Source: Obrimoposthia wandeli (Eukaryota). Taken from it: DNA of 64,000 bases. A model generated the notes under the pieces. The model searched no databases. It was not told the origin of the DNA and saw nothing but the letters and a program-made list of their open reading frames with translations. Location: positions 124,001 to 188,000 of the forward strand of contig CDROCS010000998.1 of NCBI GenBank assembly GCA_977020255.1, in the 5' to 3' direction. The position numbers and the translations under genes were made by a program. Of this stretch, positions 21,304 through 32,483 are shown in pieces; positions within the stretch are counted from its first letter, which is position 1, and every line of letters begins with the position of its first letter.

Positions 21304-22140
21304 TTAAATCATGCCGAAAATACGTTCCGGGTGAGCATAGACATCAGCGCGGCCGGGACGGCAATAGCCCAGCAAAGTCACGTTGAGTTTTTCAGCCAAC
21401 TCGACAGCCATCTTGGTTGCAGACGAGATAGCAAAGAGGATTTCGACTCCTGCTACACCCACTTTTTGCACCATTTCAAAACTGGCTCGGCTGGTTACCA
21501 ATACCGCACCACCCTCAAGATGATGACGGTGGATATACCCCACTAACTTGTCGAGCGCGATATGACGGCCTACATCTTCGAAAATCGCCAGAATCTGTCC
21601 GTTATTATCGAGATAGACCGCCGCATGTGCCGATCCCGTCAGCTGGTTCAGCTTCTGTTTCAGCAACAGTTGATTCAATGCTCCATCAAGGTGACAAATA
21701 TCAAATTGGGTATTGGTGGTCAGCGGTGTCAGAGAGCGACACACTGATTCCAACTTTTCTTCACCACAAATACCGCAACCAGTCATTCCCGCCAACGAAC
21801 GACGTTTTTGTTTCAAGTTAAACAAGCAACGGTTAGCCACACTGACATCCACGGTAATACCGTTCTCGCCCGAGGAAATATTAATATTATGGATATCACG
21901 ATGATGTTGAATAATGCCTTCTGACAATGAAAAGCCAATGACGAAGTCCTCCAAATCATTAGGAGTACACATCATTACAGTGTATGCGACACCATTAAAT
22001 GTTATCGCTACTGGCATTTCTTCAATTATATAATCCATGTCATGCCAACTCTGTTTTCCTTTTCGAAAACGGACAATAGGCAATTCACTGGCGTTAGCGA
22101 ACGCCGAATATGAAAGTAATTCGCTCATATTTAAACTCAA
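21304..22140 (-). CDS. fdhD: Formate dehydrogenase sulfurtransferase FdhD
   Basis: IEEMPVAI, GCGICG, TGSAHAA, EDVGRHIALDKLVG, TSRASFEMVQK. Confidence 0.96.
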   Translation of the reverse strand: MSLNMSELLSYSAFANASELPIVRFRKGKQSWHDMDYIIEEMPVAITFNGVAYTVMMCTPNDLEDFVIGFSLSEGIIQHHRDIHNINISSGENGITVDVSVANRCLFNLKQKRRSLAGMTGCGICGEEKLESVCRSLTPLTTNTQFDICHLDGALNQLLLKQKLNQLTGSAHAAVYLDNNGQILAIFEDVGRHIALDKLVGYIHRHHLEGGAVLVTSRASFEMVQKVGVAGVEILFAISSATKMAVELAEKLNVTLLGYCRPGRADVYAHPERIFGMI

Positions 22141-22211
22141 TTAATATTATTTACAACCAAGATTGGCTTTGAAAATAAATAACCATACTAACCAGAAGCA
22201 ATAGTCATAAT

Positions 22212-24281
22212 TTATTCAGAACAACTTTGGTTTGTTCCATCCAAATAGTCATGACTTTTAATGCCCATTTTTTGCATTCTCGATAATAAGGTCGTTCGTT
22301 TTACATTTAATTTAATTGCAGCCCCTCTAGGGCCAGCAATTATTCCGTTACTCTCGCGTAATGCAGAAATAACCGCATCACGGTCAAAAATATTATCGGT
22401 CACTGCTAATATAGGTTTAGAATGAATTATATTATTTTGACTACTTACCGAACTGGATGTAATTAATTCATCGGTAGGCACATTCAGTACATGACCTCGC
22501 GTCAAAATCACCGAACGCTCAATAAAGTTACGAAGTTCACGTACATTTCCCGGCCATGGGAAATTAGATAACGTATCCAGTGTTTCAGCAGCAATCGCGG
22601 TAATATCCTTACCCATTTTTTTTGAGATAACTCGCGTGAAATGTTTAACCAACAATGGAATATCTTCAGGACGTTCACGTAAAGGCGGGATCCTGATCGG
22701 AAAAACATTCAATCGATAATACAGATCACCTCTGAAACCTTTGGATTCCACCATCGATAAAAGGTTGGCATTGGTCGCGACCACTATTCGGACATCAACC
22801 GAGATCAACTGGTTCTTGCCAACACGCTCAATTTCACTTTCCTGCAGTGCCCGTAATAGCTTAGGTTGCAACTCTAGCGGCATATCACCAATTTCATCAA
22901 GAAACAGCGTCCCTTTATGAGCCTGCTCGAATCGCCCAACCCGTTGGCTTATCGCTCCGGTAAAGGCTCCACGTTCATGACCAAACAGTTCGCTTTCAAA
23001 TAAACCAGCAGGTACTGCAGCACAGTTCATTTTGACCATTCGTGTATTGCTACGTCGGCTTAATTTATGAATAGCCTGTGCAATAAGCTCCTTACCTGTT
23101 CCTGATTCTCCTAAAATCAATACCGTACTATCACAGTCAGCAACCATCGCGACTTGATCTAACACCTTGTTCATCACCTCACTCTGGCTGATGATGTCAT
23201 CAAAAATCGCATGATCCATGTAGCTTTCTTCGATGTTAATATAGGTTGTTGTCGGAATTGTTTTTGAAATCGCCTCATGAACCTTCAAACTATGCATCGC
23301 CAAGGCAACCCGAGCGGCTATCTGTAGGAACAATTCGACGTCCTGAGGCAGATAAGGTTTATCTTCACGCTGCATATAGCAGATATAACCTATTGTACTG
23401 TTGCGAAAAACCATCGGTACAACGCAAGCACTCTTTGCCGATAGAGGAAAAAAAGGCACATTATTGTCGAGGCTCAGCTGCTGTATTGTCTTGGCACTCA
23501 AGACTACGGGTTTATTCTTTTCCACCGCATCTTTAATCACATCGTCATTGGAAAAAAAGTGACTGCGATAATCAATTTTCCCATGGCTATAACTACAAGA
23601 GTGCTGCCCGTAATGGCCATCATGGGTCTGAATAATCGATAAGTCACTCATGGAAAAATGTTGATATAAAAACTTCAATAACGATGTAATTAATTCTTTC
23701 TTTGTACTACGGCTTATCACTGCGTTAGTAACATCAACCAACATTTGAAAATCATTACGTTCATCACTTATTTTCTGCGCAATATTAGAAGCCAATTCAT
23801 GTTCAATAATATGCTCAACCATAGCGGTAATCATATTAGTGAACAATTTGAACTGTTTCTCTGAATAGCCATCATCTTTAAGCTCAACATTAATGAACTC
23901 TATCGAACCAAGTTGTTTACAAGCTGAAATTAACGGTACTTTGCAGTAATTATCAATATTACTATAAGCTGGATGCTCAATTAATTGAGGATAACTTAAA
24001 TATAATGCATCGCCTTGTATTCGATGAGTACAGCCATCATTAACAATACTATGTAATAAAAGACTATTCTGGTTGTATTGGTAACACTGAAGCTCCTTTA
24101 CTTGATCAAAAAAATATAAAACAGGCAGTGCATTAAGATCATTTTTCAAAATAATATTGACACGTTCTACTTGAATAAATGATAAATCATCATTATTTAG
24201 AAACGTCATCAAGCCTGAAATATCATTACTCGATAGCAGGGCTTTCGATAAATTCATCAAATCACTTTCAAAATGTTCCAT
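22212..24281 (-). CDS. fhlA: Sigma54-dependent formate hydrogenlyase activator (FhlA/HyfR-like)
   Basis: Two GAF-like regions, GESGTGKE, ESELFGHERGAFTGA, FLDEIG, WPGNVREL, C-terminal HTH. Confidence 0.9.
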   Translation of the reverse strand: MEHFESDLMNLSKALLSSNDISGLMTFLNNDDLSFIQVERVNIILKNDLNALPVLYFFDQVKELQCYQYNQNSLLLHSIVNDGCTHRIQGDALYLSYPQLIEHPAYSNIDNYCKVPLISACKQLGSIEFINVELKDDGYSEKQFKLFTNMITAMVEHIIEHELASNIAQKISDERNDFQMLVDVTNAVISRSTKKELITSLLKFLYQHFSMSDLSIIQTHDGHYGQHSCSYSHGKIDYRSHFFSNDDVIKDAVEKNKPVVLSAKTIQQLSLDNNVPFFPLSAKSACVVPMVFRNSTIGYICYMQREDKPYLPQDVELFLQIAARVALAMHSLKVHEAISKTIPTTTYINIEESYMDHAIFDDIISQSEVMNKVLDQVAMVADCDSTVLILGESGTGKELIAQAIHKLSRRSNTRMVKMNCAAVPAGLFESELFGHERGAFTGAISQRVGRFEQAHKGTLFLDEIGDMPLELQPKLLRALQESEIERVGKNQLISVDVRIVVATNANLLSMVESKGFRGDLYYRLNVFPIRIPPLRERPEDIPLLVKHFTRVISKKMGKDITAIAAETLDTLSNFPWPGNVRELRNFIERSVILTRGHVLNVPTDELITSSSVSSQNNIIHSKPILAVTDNIFDRDAVISALRESNGIIAGPRGAAIKLNVKRTTLLSRMQKMGIKSHDYLDGTNQSCSE

Positions 24282-24375
24282 GGTCTAGTCATCTCGCACT
24301 GTTTGTTCAAATGACTGATAAATATCAACCAGCCTTATTCATCATACAATTCTGAGCTATCTATCAAGATAGGCA

Positions 24376-24389
24376 TTGATCTGCATCAA
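24376..24389 (-). promoter_or_regulatory. FNR box upstream of fhlA
   Basis: TTGATCTGCATCAA is a perfect TTGAT-N4-ATCAA, about 95 bp upstream of the start codon. Confidence 0.7.
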
Positions 24390-24491
24390 CAAGAACAAAG
24401 CACAACTATCTGATATTTAAGTATCTTTATAAGATCCACTCAAGAAAAGTGGTTTCCTCGGTATATCAATACCAAGGAAACCCACTAATCA

Positions 24492-26636
24492 TTACGCATT
24501 CACAACATGATTTCTCAAACGAGCTTTCAAATTACTGTACTCAGTCTGTACATAATTTTCGGCCCATGCCTGATCACCAATATGCTCGACTTTCACCGCG
24601 CAGTATTTAAACTCAGGCGTGCCGGAGATAGGATCAACATGCTCAATAGTGAGTTCGTTACATGCCCCTATCCACCATTGGTAGGTCATATACACCACGC
24701 CAACGTTAATGCGTTCATTACAATTAGCGCGGGAAATTACCTTACCGCGACGGGACGACACCCAGACTAATTGTTGATCGTCGATACCCAAAGCGCGTGC
24801 ATCATCTGGGTGCATTTGCACGTAGCCCGGTTCATCGGCCAACGTTTGCAATGCAGCACAGTTACCCGTCATGGAACGGCACGAGTAGTGACCCACTTCG
24901 CGAACGGTAGACAATACCAATGGATATTTATGATCAGGTTGCTCATGCGGTGGACGCCACTCAGCAGCAATTAGCCTGCCCTTACCCGATGGCATAGTGA
25001 ACTTATTCCCTTCAAACAAGAATGACGTACCAGGGTGATCTTCTGTCGGACAAGGCCATTGCACCGACTTCAGTCCTGCCATTTTTTCGTAGGTCGCTCC
25101 GGTATACAGCGGACATAGAACACGCATCTCATCCCAGATTTCCTCAGTGTTGCTATAGGACATCGGGTAGCCCATACGGGTTGCCAATAAGCTGAAGATT
25201 TCCCAATCAGGTTTAACGTTCGGTGGTGGCGTCACGGCTTTGTAGAAACGCTGGAAGCCACGGTCAGCACTGCTATAAACCCCTTCGTGTTCGCCCCAGC
25301 TGGTTGCAGGGAAGATTACGTCTGCCATTTCAGCAGTCTGCGTCATGAAGATGTCCTGAACAATGACCAGTTCCATCTTGTTCATCGTTTTTCGCAATGC
25401 AGACAAATCAGCTTCAGTTTGAGCAGGATCTTCACCAAAGACATAAAATGCCTTACAAATCCCTTCATCAACTTTGTGCCCGAGGTCAGTCAAACGGTAG
25501 CCCGGCTTGCCAGATAGACTCACGCCCCAAGCATTTTCGAACTTCTCTCGAAGACTATCATCCGTAACGTCTTGGTAACCTGGGAACTGATGCGGCAGCA
25601 TGCCCATGTCACAGGTTCCCTGCACATTATTCTGACCTCGAACGGGGCCACAGCCCACACCACGACGGCCGAAGTTACCGGTCATCAAGGCCAACGAAGC
25701 CAAACCACGAACCACATCAACAGCCTGACCGTATTGCGTCACACCCATACCCCAAAGAATCATGGCTTCTGGTGCGGCGGCATAAGTACGTGCAGCCTGA
25801 CGAACTTCAGCAGCGCTCAAGCCAGTAATCGTTTCAACCGATTCTGGTGTATAGCTCGCAACCAGCTTACGGAAGTCATCAAAGCCTTCAGTATGCTTCT
25901 GAACATAGGATTTGTCGTATAGGTTCTCTGCAATCATGACATTAGCTAAGGCATTAACCAGTGCCATATTCGAACCATTTTTTTGTTGCAACCATTGATC
26001 TGCCACGCGGGCTGATTCAGTTTTACGCGGGTCGCAAACAATAATTTTCGCACCTTTGGCACGAGCTTTAAGAATGTGTCTTGCTACAACCGGATGAGAA
26101 TCAGCCGCGTTATAACCGAAGATAAGCAAACATTTTGTATCTTGAATTTCGGGAATGGCGTTGCTCATAGCACCATTACCTACAGTTGTCTCCAGACCGG
26201 AGACTGATGGTGCGTGTCACACCCTAGCGCAGTGATCGACATTGTTGGTTCCAATGACCGCCCTTGCAAATTTCTGCATAACATAGTTGGCTTCATTACC
26301 CGGACCACGGGCTGAGCCTGTTGTCATAATCGCATCGGGGCCAAATTTGTCCTTAATGGCGAGAAGCTTCTCACTGGTAAAATCCAGAGCTTCATCCCAC
26401 GATACCGCTTCCAGAGCTGCACCTCGAGTACGGCGAATCATGGGTTGCTTGAGTCGCGGTGTCAGCAAGTTGGTATCATTAAGAAAATCCCAACCATAGT
26501 AGCCTTTCAGGCAAAGTTGACCTTCGTTGGTACGGCCATTAGCAGGCTCGGCACCAATCACTTTGTCATTTTCGACTACCAACTTCAGTTTGCACCCTGT
26601 ACCACAGTAGGGACAAACGACAATTGATTTTTTCAT
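24492..26636 (-). CDS. fdhF: Formate dehydrogenase H alpha subunit, selenoprotein (Sec140), 714 aa
   Basis: The two track ORFs (26217-26636, 24492-26168) are in one frame joined by TGA 26217-26219 in DHCARV-U-HAPSV, the FdhF active site. CPYCGTGC 4Fe-4S motif; downstream hairpin; selABC nearby. Confidence 0.97.
26188..26204 (-). promoter_or_regulatory. SECIS element of fdhF
   Basis: mRNA GUCUCC-GGUCU-GGAGAC at +13..+29 after UGA; GGUC lies at +19..+22, the same register as the E. coli fdhF SECIS. Confidence 0.8.
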
Positions 26637-26661
26637 ATTAGCCTATTAAATCATCTAATTA

Positions 26662-27210
26662 TCAAAGAGAAGGAACCACAACAGCACTTAAAGCAGCAGC
26701 TTCACGTTTCTGTTTATTGGTCTCGTTCAGGGTTTTGGGCTCAATGATCTGTATTGCACCCGTCGGACAAACCTGCACGCAGGCTGGCCCTTCTTCACGG
26801 TGGCTACACAAATCACATTTCAATGCCTGAGATTCAGGCACCTGACGCTTAAACAACGCAGACCCTTTGGTGTCTTCAACCATTTTCGTCACGACATTCA
26901 TTGCCCCGTATGGGCAAGCAATGACGCAGGTTTTACAACCAATACAGCGAGACTGCACCACTTTGACGTGGCCATCCTCAAGGACAATCGCATTATTGGG
27001 GCAAACCTGAGCACACGGAGCATCATCACACTGGCGACACATTATCGGCGTCGTCACATGTACGTTTTTCACCAACGTTAATCGCGGTGAAAAATCAGAT
27101 GGATCCAAAGCGGCAAGCGAACTGTCTGCTTGATGAGAAATCACGCACGCCACTTCACAGGTTCGACAACCAATACACAAATTTGGATCTGCAAATACAA
27201 ACCGGTTCAT
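26662..27210 (-). CDS. hydN: 4Fe-4S electron transport protein HydN
   Basis: MNRFVFADPNLCIGCRTCEVAC with four Cys clusters. The real start is ATG 27210, not the 27387 start in the track. Confidence 0.9.
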   Translation of the reverse strand: MNRFVFADPNLCIGCRTCEVACVISHQADSSLAALDPSDFSPRLTLVKNVHVTTPIMCRQCDDAPCAQVCPNNAIVLEDGHVKVVQSRCIGCKTCVIACPYGAMNVVTKMVEDTKGSALFKRQVPESQALKCDLCSHREEGPACVQVCPTGAIQIIEPKTLNETNKQKREAAALSAVVVPSL

Positions 27211-27269
27211 GGTGTATCCCTTGTTGAAATCGACACATCGAAGCCAAAACTGTGACCTCACCCCTATAA

Positions 27270-27285
27270 AGCATATAGTGTGCCA
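27270..27285 (-). promoter_or_regulatory. Sigma54 (-24/-12) promoter for hydN-fdhF
   Basis: TGGCAC-ACTAT-ATGCT on the minus strand. Confidence 0.75.
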
Positions 27286-27343
27286 ATAGTTGTAACCCCA
27301 AAATAAAAACAATAAGACATTGAAAATAATAGAATAAAAAAAT

Positions 27344-27367
27344 AAAGCCCAGCATATGCTGGGCTTT
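27344..27367 (-). terminator. Rho-independent terminator of the hyc operon
   Basis: AAAGCCCAGC-ATAT-GCTGGGCTTT with a minus-strand U tract. Confidence 0.75.
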
Positions 27368-27372
27368 ACATA

Positions 27373-27428
27373 ATTGTCGAAACACAATGTCGACAGTTTT
27401 CGTCAAAAGTGTCGACGACTATCGACAC
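27373..27428. promoter_or_regulatory. Putative FhlA upstream activator sequence for hydN
   Basis: Cluster of TGTCGA(C)/TCGACA words about 100 bp upstream of the sigma54 promoter; the same motif recurs at 35158-35215. Confidence 0.6.
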
Positions 27429-27434
27429 ACTTCG

Positions 27435-27923
27435 TCAGCAATGTTCGAAACTATCGGCTCCCTGCCAGTCCGACAGCTTGATATAAATAGCCTTCACCGC
27501 CTCTTCAACCATCTCTGTCAGCGGGAACGAAAAAGCAACAATGGCAGGCTGAATACCGACAAACACCACCTCGGGAACAAATGTTTTCAACTCATCAATC
27601 AAAAAACTCAGCGGCAGGCTGTGGGTCGATACCACGAACATATCGGCGATGGTATCCGGATCGATAATCCGTACCGTGCCCGCCGTTTCGCCGATATCTG
27701 CAGCATCAACCACCACCACACGCTCTGGCATCGCGGCACGTATCAGATGCAGGCAATCTTCAGGCATTGCGCCGCCTTCCATCACTTCCCAACCAGATAC
27801 CGGTTGTTTTTTTAATCTCTCGGCCAACAGCGGTCCAGCCCCATCATCACCCATCATGCTGTTACCCACGGTTAATACGATCTGCTTGCTCATCGCTTCT
27901 TTGCTTATTGTTATTTTATTCAC
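27435..27923 (-). CDS. hycI: Hydrogenase maturation endopeptidase HycI
   Basis: VGNSMMGDDGAGP, VVDAAD, STHSLPL, GIQP. Confidence 0.95.
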   Translation of the reverse strand: MNKITISKEAMSKQIVLTVGNSMMGDDGAGPLLAERLKKQPVSGWEVMEGGAMPEDCLHLIRAAMPERVVVVDAADIGETAGTVRIIDPDTIADMFVVSTHSLPLSFLIDELKTFVPEVVFVGIQPAIVAFSFPLTEMVEEAVKAIYIKLSDWQGADSFEHC

Positions 27924-28369
27924 TGACCACCCCGAATCATCATGTACATACTCGGCTCATGGTGAATCGCCGTCAGAGCTAGAATAAATCCCTTAGTTAG
28001 ACGCACCGACGTTTCTGTCTGTCCGTCTGGTGCAATAGCATCAAAAGCACAGGCCAGCATATTCAGGTGATCTGGATAAATAGTAATTTCACCAAACCCT
28101 AGGAAGCCCTGCATTTTCCGGAAAGCTTCACTGTCTTCAGGTAGTCCCTTTATCCATGCCAGATATTCTTCGCCACTGCATTTAAGTACAGCATTCAAAC
28201 AATCCACCACGCCAAGATGATGACCAATAGCCAAACTGTAATACATGATCTGTTTGGCTTCTTCCGGCACATCGTAGCTTTCATCGACAAACTTACGGCT
28301 CAGGCTATAAAAATAAACATGCCCCTTAACATGCCGTGACTGTGCTAGCTCAGCAAATACCTCACTCAT
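27920..28369 (-). CDS. hycH: Formate hydrogenlyase maturation protein HycH/HyfJ
   Basis: [32 protein letters not shown]. Confidence 0.93.
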   Translation of the reverse strand: MSEVFAELAQSRHVKGHVYFYSLSRKFVDESYDVPEEAKQIMYYSLAIGHHLGVVDCLNAVLKCSGEEYLAWIKGLPEDSEAFRKMQGFLGFGEITIYPDHLNMLACAFDAIAPDGQTETSVRLTKGFILALTAIHHEPSMYMMIRGGQ

Positions 28370-29207
28370 CAGCCATTACCTCGCACGGTTTAACCTTTTC
28401 TTCCATGCTTTTCGAGCAACCACTCTGCCCAGTCAATGCCTCCATGGTTTGACTCAGCAGGATATTGACGATTTCGGTTAAACGCGGATCGTCTTTTTCG
28501 GTTAAATAAGCCGCTATCTTACTATCGACATTGTCTGCACTGCAGGTTGCCAGTACATCCATGACGTCATCAGCAATGCGTTGGCCTTGCACGTAACCCG
28601 CTAAAAGGCGAGCTTGTCGCTCAATCATCACCTTAATATCAAGCGGTATATCAGTATGTTTTAGGCGCGCTTTCTGTACTTCTGGCTGATGAGTTTTGGT
28701 GTGAAGTTTTTGATCCAGCAGACCGAGTGCTACAGCAAAACCGTAAATAGTTGCCGCAGGGGTTGGTGGGCAACCCGGAATATACACATCGACGGGAACA
28801 ATTTTGTCAGTCCCTCCCCACACACAATACAAATCGTGGAAGATACCGCCGTCGCAACCGCACGCCCCATAAGACACGACAATTTTAGGATCCGGTGCTG
28901 CCTCATAGGCACGAAGAGCCGGCGCGCGCATCGCACGCGTAACGGCCCCCGTGAACAGGAGGATATCGGCATGACGCGGAGAAGCTACGATCTTGATACC
29001 AAAGCGTTCGGTATCGAAAACTGGCGCTGTTGCTGCAAAAATTTCAATTTCACAACCATTACAGCCACCACAGTCGACACGGTAAATATAAGCCGAACGG
29101 CGAATTTGCTTGATCAGTGCATCTTTCAGCTGCTGGTTGTTCGGCGCTTGAGCGACAGGAACCGTCTGGGTATGGGCTGTCCCGACAAGCTGTTTAATAC
29201 CTTTCAC
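28362..29207 (-). CDS. hycG: [NiFe] hydrogenase small subunit HycG/HyfI
   Basis: [34 protein letters not shown]. Confidence 0.95.
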   Translation of the reverse strand: MKGIKQLVGTAHTQTVPVAQAPNNQQLKDALIKQIRRSAYIYRVDCGGCNGCEIEIFAATAPVFDTERFGIKIVASPRHADILLFTGAVTRAMRAPALRAYEAAPDPKIVVSYGACGCDGGIFHDLYCVWGGTDKIVPVDVYIPGCPPTPAATIYGFAVALGLLDQKLHTKTHQPEVQKARLKHTDIPLDIKVMIERQARLLAGYVQGQRIADDVMDVLATCSADNVDSKIAAYLTEKDDPRLTEIVNILLSQTMEALTGQSGCSKSMEEKVKPCEVMADE

Positions 29208-29752
29208 ATTTCCTCCTCAAGATAACGTAGGTGACTGATATTTTCGCTGTCGAGCATATTGTTGCGGCGACGGCATTCCGGACACGTTTCCAATTGTTGA
29301 CGCCGCAACTTCAATTGCTCCTCCGTGCCCCCACTTTGTGCCAAAGTGTCTAACACATACTCGAGCAATTTTTGGGCGACAAACGGGCGTCCGCACTGGC
29401 CACAGTCGGCAAGGCTAAACACTGCATCTTCATACAGGTCTTCTTTGCGGGTTACCGCCAACTCAAAATTCTGCGACAACGTAATCGCCTTGGTTGGGCA
29501 GACCTCTTCACAACGACCACAATAAATACAACGCGCCATTGAAAGCTCCCACCGACGGGTGCCAGCTTTCACATCGGTTTCCATGATCAAGGCATTGGCA
29601 GGACAGGCACGGGTGCAAGCACCACAAGATAAGCACTGATCGGCATCCAACTCTGGCTTGCCGCGAAAGTCTTCACTAATTTCAAGCGGGGCGAATGGGT
29701 ACTTCGTTGTTGCCTCACCAGTTTTAATTACCGTTTTTAATAGCTTAAACAC
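29204..29752 (-). CDS. hycF: Formate hydrogenlyase Fe-S subunit HycF/HyfH
   Basis: [31 protein letters not shown]. Confidence 0.95.
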   Translation of the reverse strand: MFKLLKTVIKTGEATTKYPFAPLEISEDFRGKPELDADQCLSCGACTRACPANALIMETDVKAGTRRWELSMARCIYCGRCEEVCPTKAITLSQNFELAVTRKEDLYEDAVFSLADCGQCGRPFVAQKLLEYVLDTLAQSGGTEEQLKLRRQQLETCPECRRRNNMLDSENISHLRYLEEEM

Positions 29753-29763
29753 ATGGCCTCCTG

Positions 29764-31524
29764 CTACAGCTTGAATGGTGAGTTTTTGCGGTTAATACTG
29801 TATTGCTCAATCGCTTTATACGGAATGGTTTTGCTGCGCTTTTTCTTGGTATCAACAATGGTGACACGGTCGGTACAGGAGTAGCACGGGTCAAGGCTAC
29901 CGATGATCAACGGTGCATCGGCAACAGTATTACCGCGCAGCATATAGCGTAACGTTGGCCAGTTAGCATAGGTTGCGGCACGGCAACGCCAGCGGAATAG
30001 TTTTTGGTTATCACCCGTCATACTCCAGTGGACGTTCTCGCCACGTGGTGCTTCGGTAAAACCGAGCGCAAACTTGTTCGGTACGTAATCAAATCCTTCA
30101 GTCAAAATCGCCCCCGCTGGCAGGTGATCAAGGCCGTATTCAACAATATTCAATGAATCAAAGACTTCACCTATCCGCACCATCACACGCGATTGAACAT
30201 CACCATTTTCCATGCTCTGCAGTTCAAAAGGGACATCACCGTATGATTCCAACGACTGACCATGAACAATACGTGCATCACGTTTGAAACCGCTGGCACG
30301 AATAAGCGGACCGACTGGGCTGAAATCACGGGCGATATCTTTAGCAAGAATACCAACCCCAGCAATACGGCTCTCAATATTGGGTGTGGCAAGCAGTACA
30401 TCGACTAATTCAGTGAAGGTTTTACGTACTTCACGTACTAACGCGATACCTTTTAGGCGCTGCTCTTTTAAGAAGTCACGACGAACACCGCCAATGAGGT
30501 TCATCCCGTACGTCTTGCGGGCACCAGTAAGCAATTCGGCCAACTCCATGGTTTTTTCACGGATGCGGAAAAATTGCATAAAGCCCGAGTCAAAGCCGAC
30601 AAAGTGGCTCGACAGGCCAATATTGAGCAAGTGACTATGCAGACGTTCCACTTCAAGCAATACCGTTCGGATCATTTTGGCGCGAAACGGTACATCCACC
30701 GATAAGGCGTTCTCGATCGTATTGCTGTAACCAACGCTGTGCGTAAAGCCACAAATGCCACAAACCCGATCGGTTAGTTGAGCCACTTCTTGGTAACCCA
30801 TGCGGGTCTCTGCCAGTTTTTCCATTCCGCGGTGAACATAAAACATTCGGTAATCTGCATCGACAATGTCTTCGCCATCAACAAATAAACGGAAGTGCCC
30901 CGGCTCATCAGACGTAATATGCAGCGGGCCTACCGGTACAATACGGTTACTGTCATTACCTAACTGGTTGTCAAACTGATAGGTTTCAGTTTCTGACGTT
31001 GGTTGCGGACGCTGACGGTAATCCATCGCATCCTTACGAAGTGGATGAAGATCTTCAGGCCAGTCATCAGGCAAGACCAAACGACGTTCATCAGGCAGCC
31101 CAACCGGACGTAAACCGTACATATCGCGAACTTCACGCTCGCCCCACACGGCGGCGGGGATCGTTGGCGTCACTGAAATAAACTCCTGACTGTCAGCATC
31201 AACCAAGATTTTTACTGTTACCCAACTCTTCACCTCACCTTCCATAGAAAGCGAATGATAAACCGCGAAGTGCCCATTAAGGCTGCGCTCATCGTTGCCG
31301 AAGGTCACCGCTAACCAACCACCCTGATCGTAATAAAGCCATTTCATCACCTCGACCAAAGCCGTCATTTTCACCGTAATTGTCACTTGGTTGTCGGTTT
31401 GCCACTCTTCATCAATAATGGCTGACGGAAAGAAATGATTTACCCCATCGACATACTGTTTACCAATCCGATCCTGTTGTGGTTTGGTGCTATATTGTTC
31501 AACTGTATTGTTTGTCATTATCAT
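29764..31524 (-). CDS. hycE: Group 4 [NiFe] hydrogenase large subunit HycE/HyfG
   Basis: RVCGICG (L1) and DPCYSC (L2) Ni-Fe ligands; VHRGMEK; NuoC-like N-terminal fusion. Confidence 0.97.
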   Translation of the reverse strand: MIMTNNTVEQYSTKPQQDRIGKQYVDGVNHFFPSAIIDEEWQTDNQVTITVKMTALVEVMKWLYYDQGGWLAVTFGNDERSLNGHFAVYHSLSMEGEVKSWVTVKILVDADSQEFISVTPTIPAAVWGEREVRDMYGLRPVGLPDERRLVLPDDWPEDLHPLRKDAMDYRQRPQPTSETETYQFDNQLGNDSNRIVPVGPLHITSDEPGHFRLFVDGEDIVDADYRMFYVHRGMEKLAETRMGYQEVAQLTDRVCGICGFTHSVGYSNTIENALSVDVPFRAKMIRTVLLEVERLHSHLLNIGLSSHFVGFDSGFMQFFRIREKTMELAELLTGARKTYGMNLIGGVRRDFLKEQRLKGIALVREVRKTFTELVDVLLATPNIESRIAGVGILAKDIARDFSPVGPLIRASGFKRDARIVHGQSLESYGDVPFELQSMENGDVQSRVMVRIGEVFDSLNIVEYGLDHLPAGAILTEGFDYVPNKFALGFTEAPRGENVHWSMTGDNQKLFRWRCRAATYANWPTLRYMLRGNTVADAPLIIGSLDPCYSCTDRVTIVDTKKKRSKTIPYKAIEQYSINRKNSPFKL

Positions 31525-31527
31525 TAC

Positions 31528-32481
31528 TTACCAACCAAAAATTAAAAATACCAGCGCCAATACGGCCACTAGAAAAGCAGGAAAAATTGCACGATGGATT
31601 TTCATAAAACGAAAACGCGCCATGGTGTTTTCAGCAATACCGGCAATCAAGAACACCACCAGCAATTTAATGAACAAAATGACAAAGGCAGCAAACAGCC
31701 CCTCAACACTCAAGCTCGCCGCTTTTCCCCAAGGAATGAAAATAGCCAAAAATAGCTGAGCAACAACAAGCTGTTTAAGACCAAGGCCCAGCTTTACCAT
31801 CGCCAGACTGGCACCAGAATATTCAGTCATCGGCCCTTCTTGCAGCTCCTGCTCGGCTTCTGCACTATCAAACGGCAATTTGCCCATTTCTATAAACAGC
31901 GCAAACGCACAGACAGCGCCGGCTAACGTCATCGTTAACGGTTGGTGCCATGAGGTCGTTGCCATCGCATGACTGATATAACCCAAGTCAGTTGTTCCGA
32001 CGGCCAGCGCCACCACTACAATTGACAAGATCAAAATAGGTTCAACCAAAATACCGAGTGTGAGTTCCCGGCTGCTGCCTAACCCAGCGAACATGCTGTT
32101 GGAATCAATGCCCGCTAGCGCGAAGAAGAAACGGAAAATTGCCAGTAAATAGATATCAGTAATAATGTCGCCTGAAATAGGAAATGGAGATACTTGAGTC
32201 ATGGTTGGCAGTGCCATGCCAATCAGTAGCATGGTGACAATTAACACCCACGGCATGATCCAGAATACAAATCCGGCATTGGAAGGAGCCACAGACTGTC
32301 GACGGAGTAATTTGCCAATATCACGGTAATCTTGCAAAACCCCCGGCCCTTTACGCGAGTGAATTTTGGCGCGAATGACCCGCGAAAATCCAGTGGCTAA
32401 TGGCGCGAGCGCTAACATGAGCATTGCTTGTACGACGGCTAATACAATCCAACCGAACGTAGGCATTTCAAGTGGAGACAT
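31528..32481 (-). CDS. hycD: Formate hydrogenlyase membrane subunit HycD/HyfC
   Basis: NuoH-like RKGPGVLQDY, KLPFDSAEAEQELQEGPMTEYSG; ATG 32481 follows GGAG. Confidence 0.95.
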   Translation of the reverse strand: MSPLEMPTFGWIVLAVVQAMLMLALAPLATGFSRVIRAKIHSRKGPGVLQDYRDIGKLLRRQSVAPSNAGFVFWIMPWVLIVTMLLIGMALPTMTQVSPFPISGDIITDIYLLAIFRFFFALAGIDSNSMFAGLGSSRELTLGILVEPILILSIVVVALAVGTTDLGYISHAMATTSWHQPLTMTLAGAVCAFALFIEMGKLPFDSAEAEQELQEGPMTEYSGASLAMVKLGLGLKQLVVAQLFLAIFIPWGKAASLSVEGLFAAFVILFIKLLVVFLIAGIAENTMARFRFMKIHRAIFPAFLVAVLALVFLIFGW

Positions 32482-32483
32482 GA

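Noticed and set aside
24492-26636. fdhF as a split pseudogene
   Set aside because: The stop is the conserved active-site UGA with a SECIS hairpin, and selABC lie nearby.
27211-27387. 59-aa N-terminal extension of HydN
   Set aside because: It overlaps the sigma54 promoter, terminator and activator sites; homology begins at ATG 27210.
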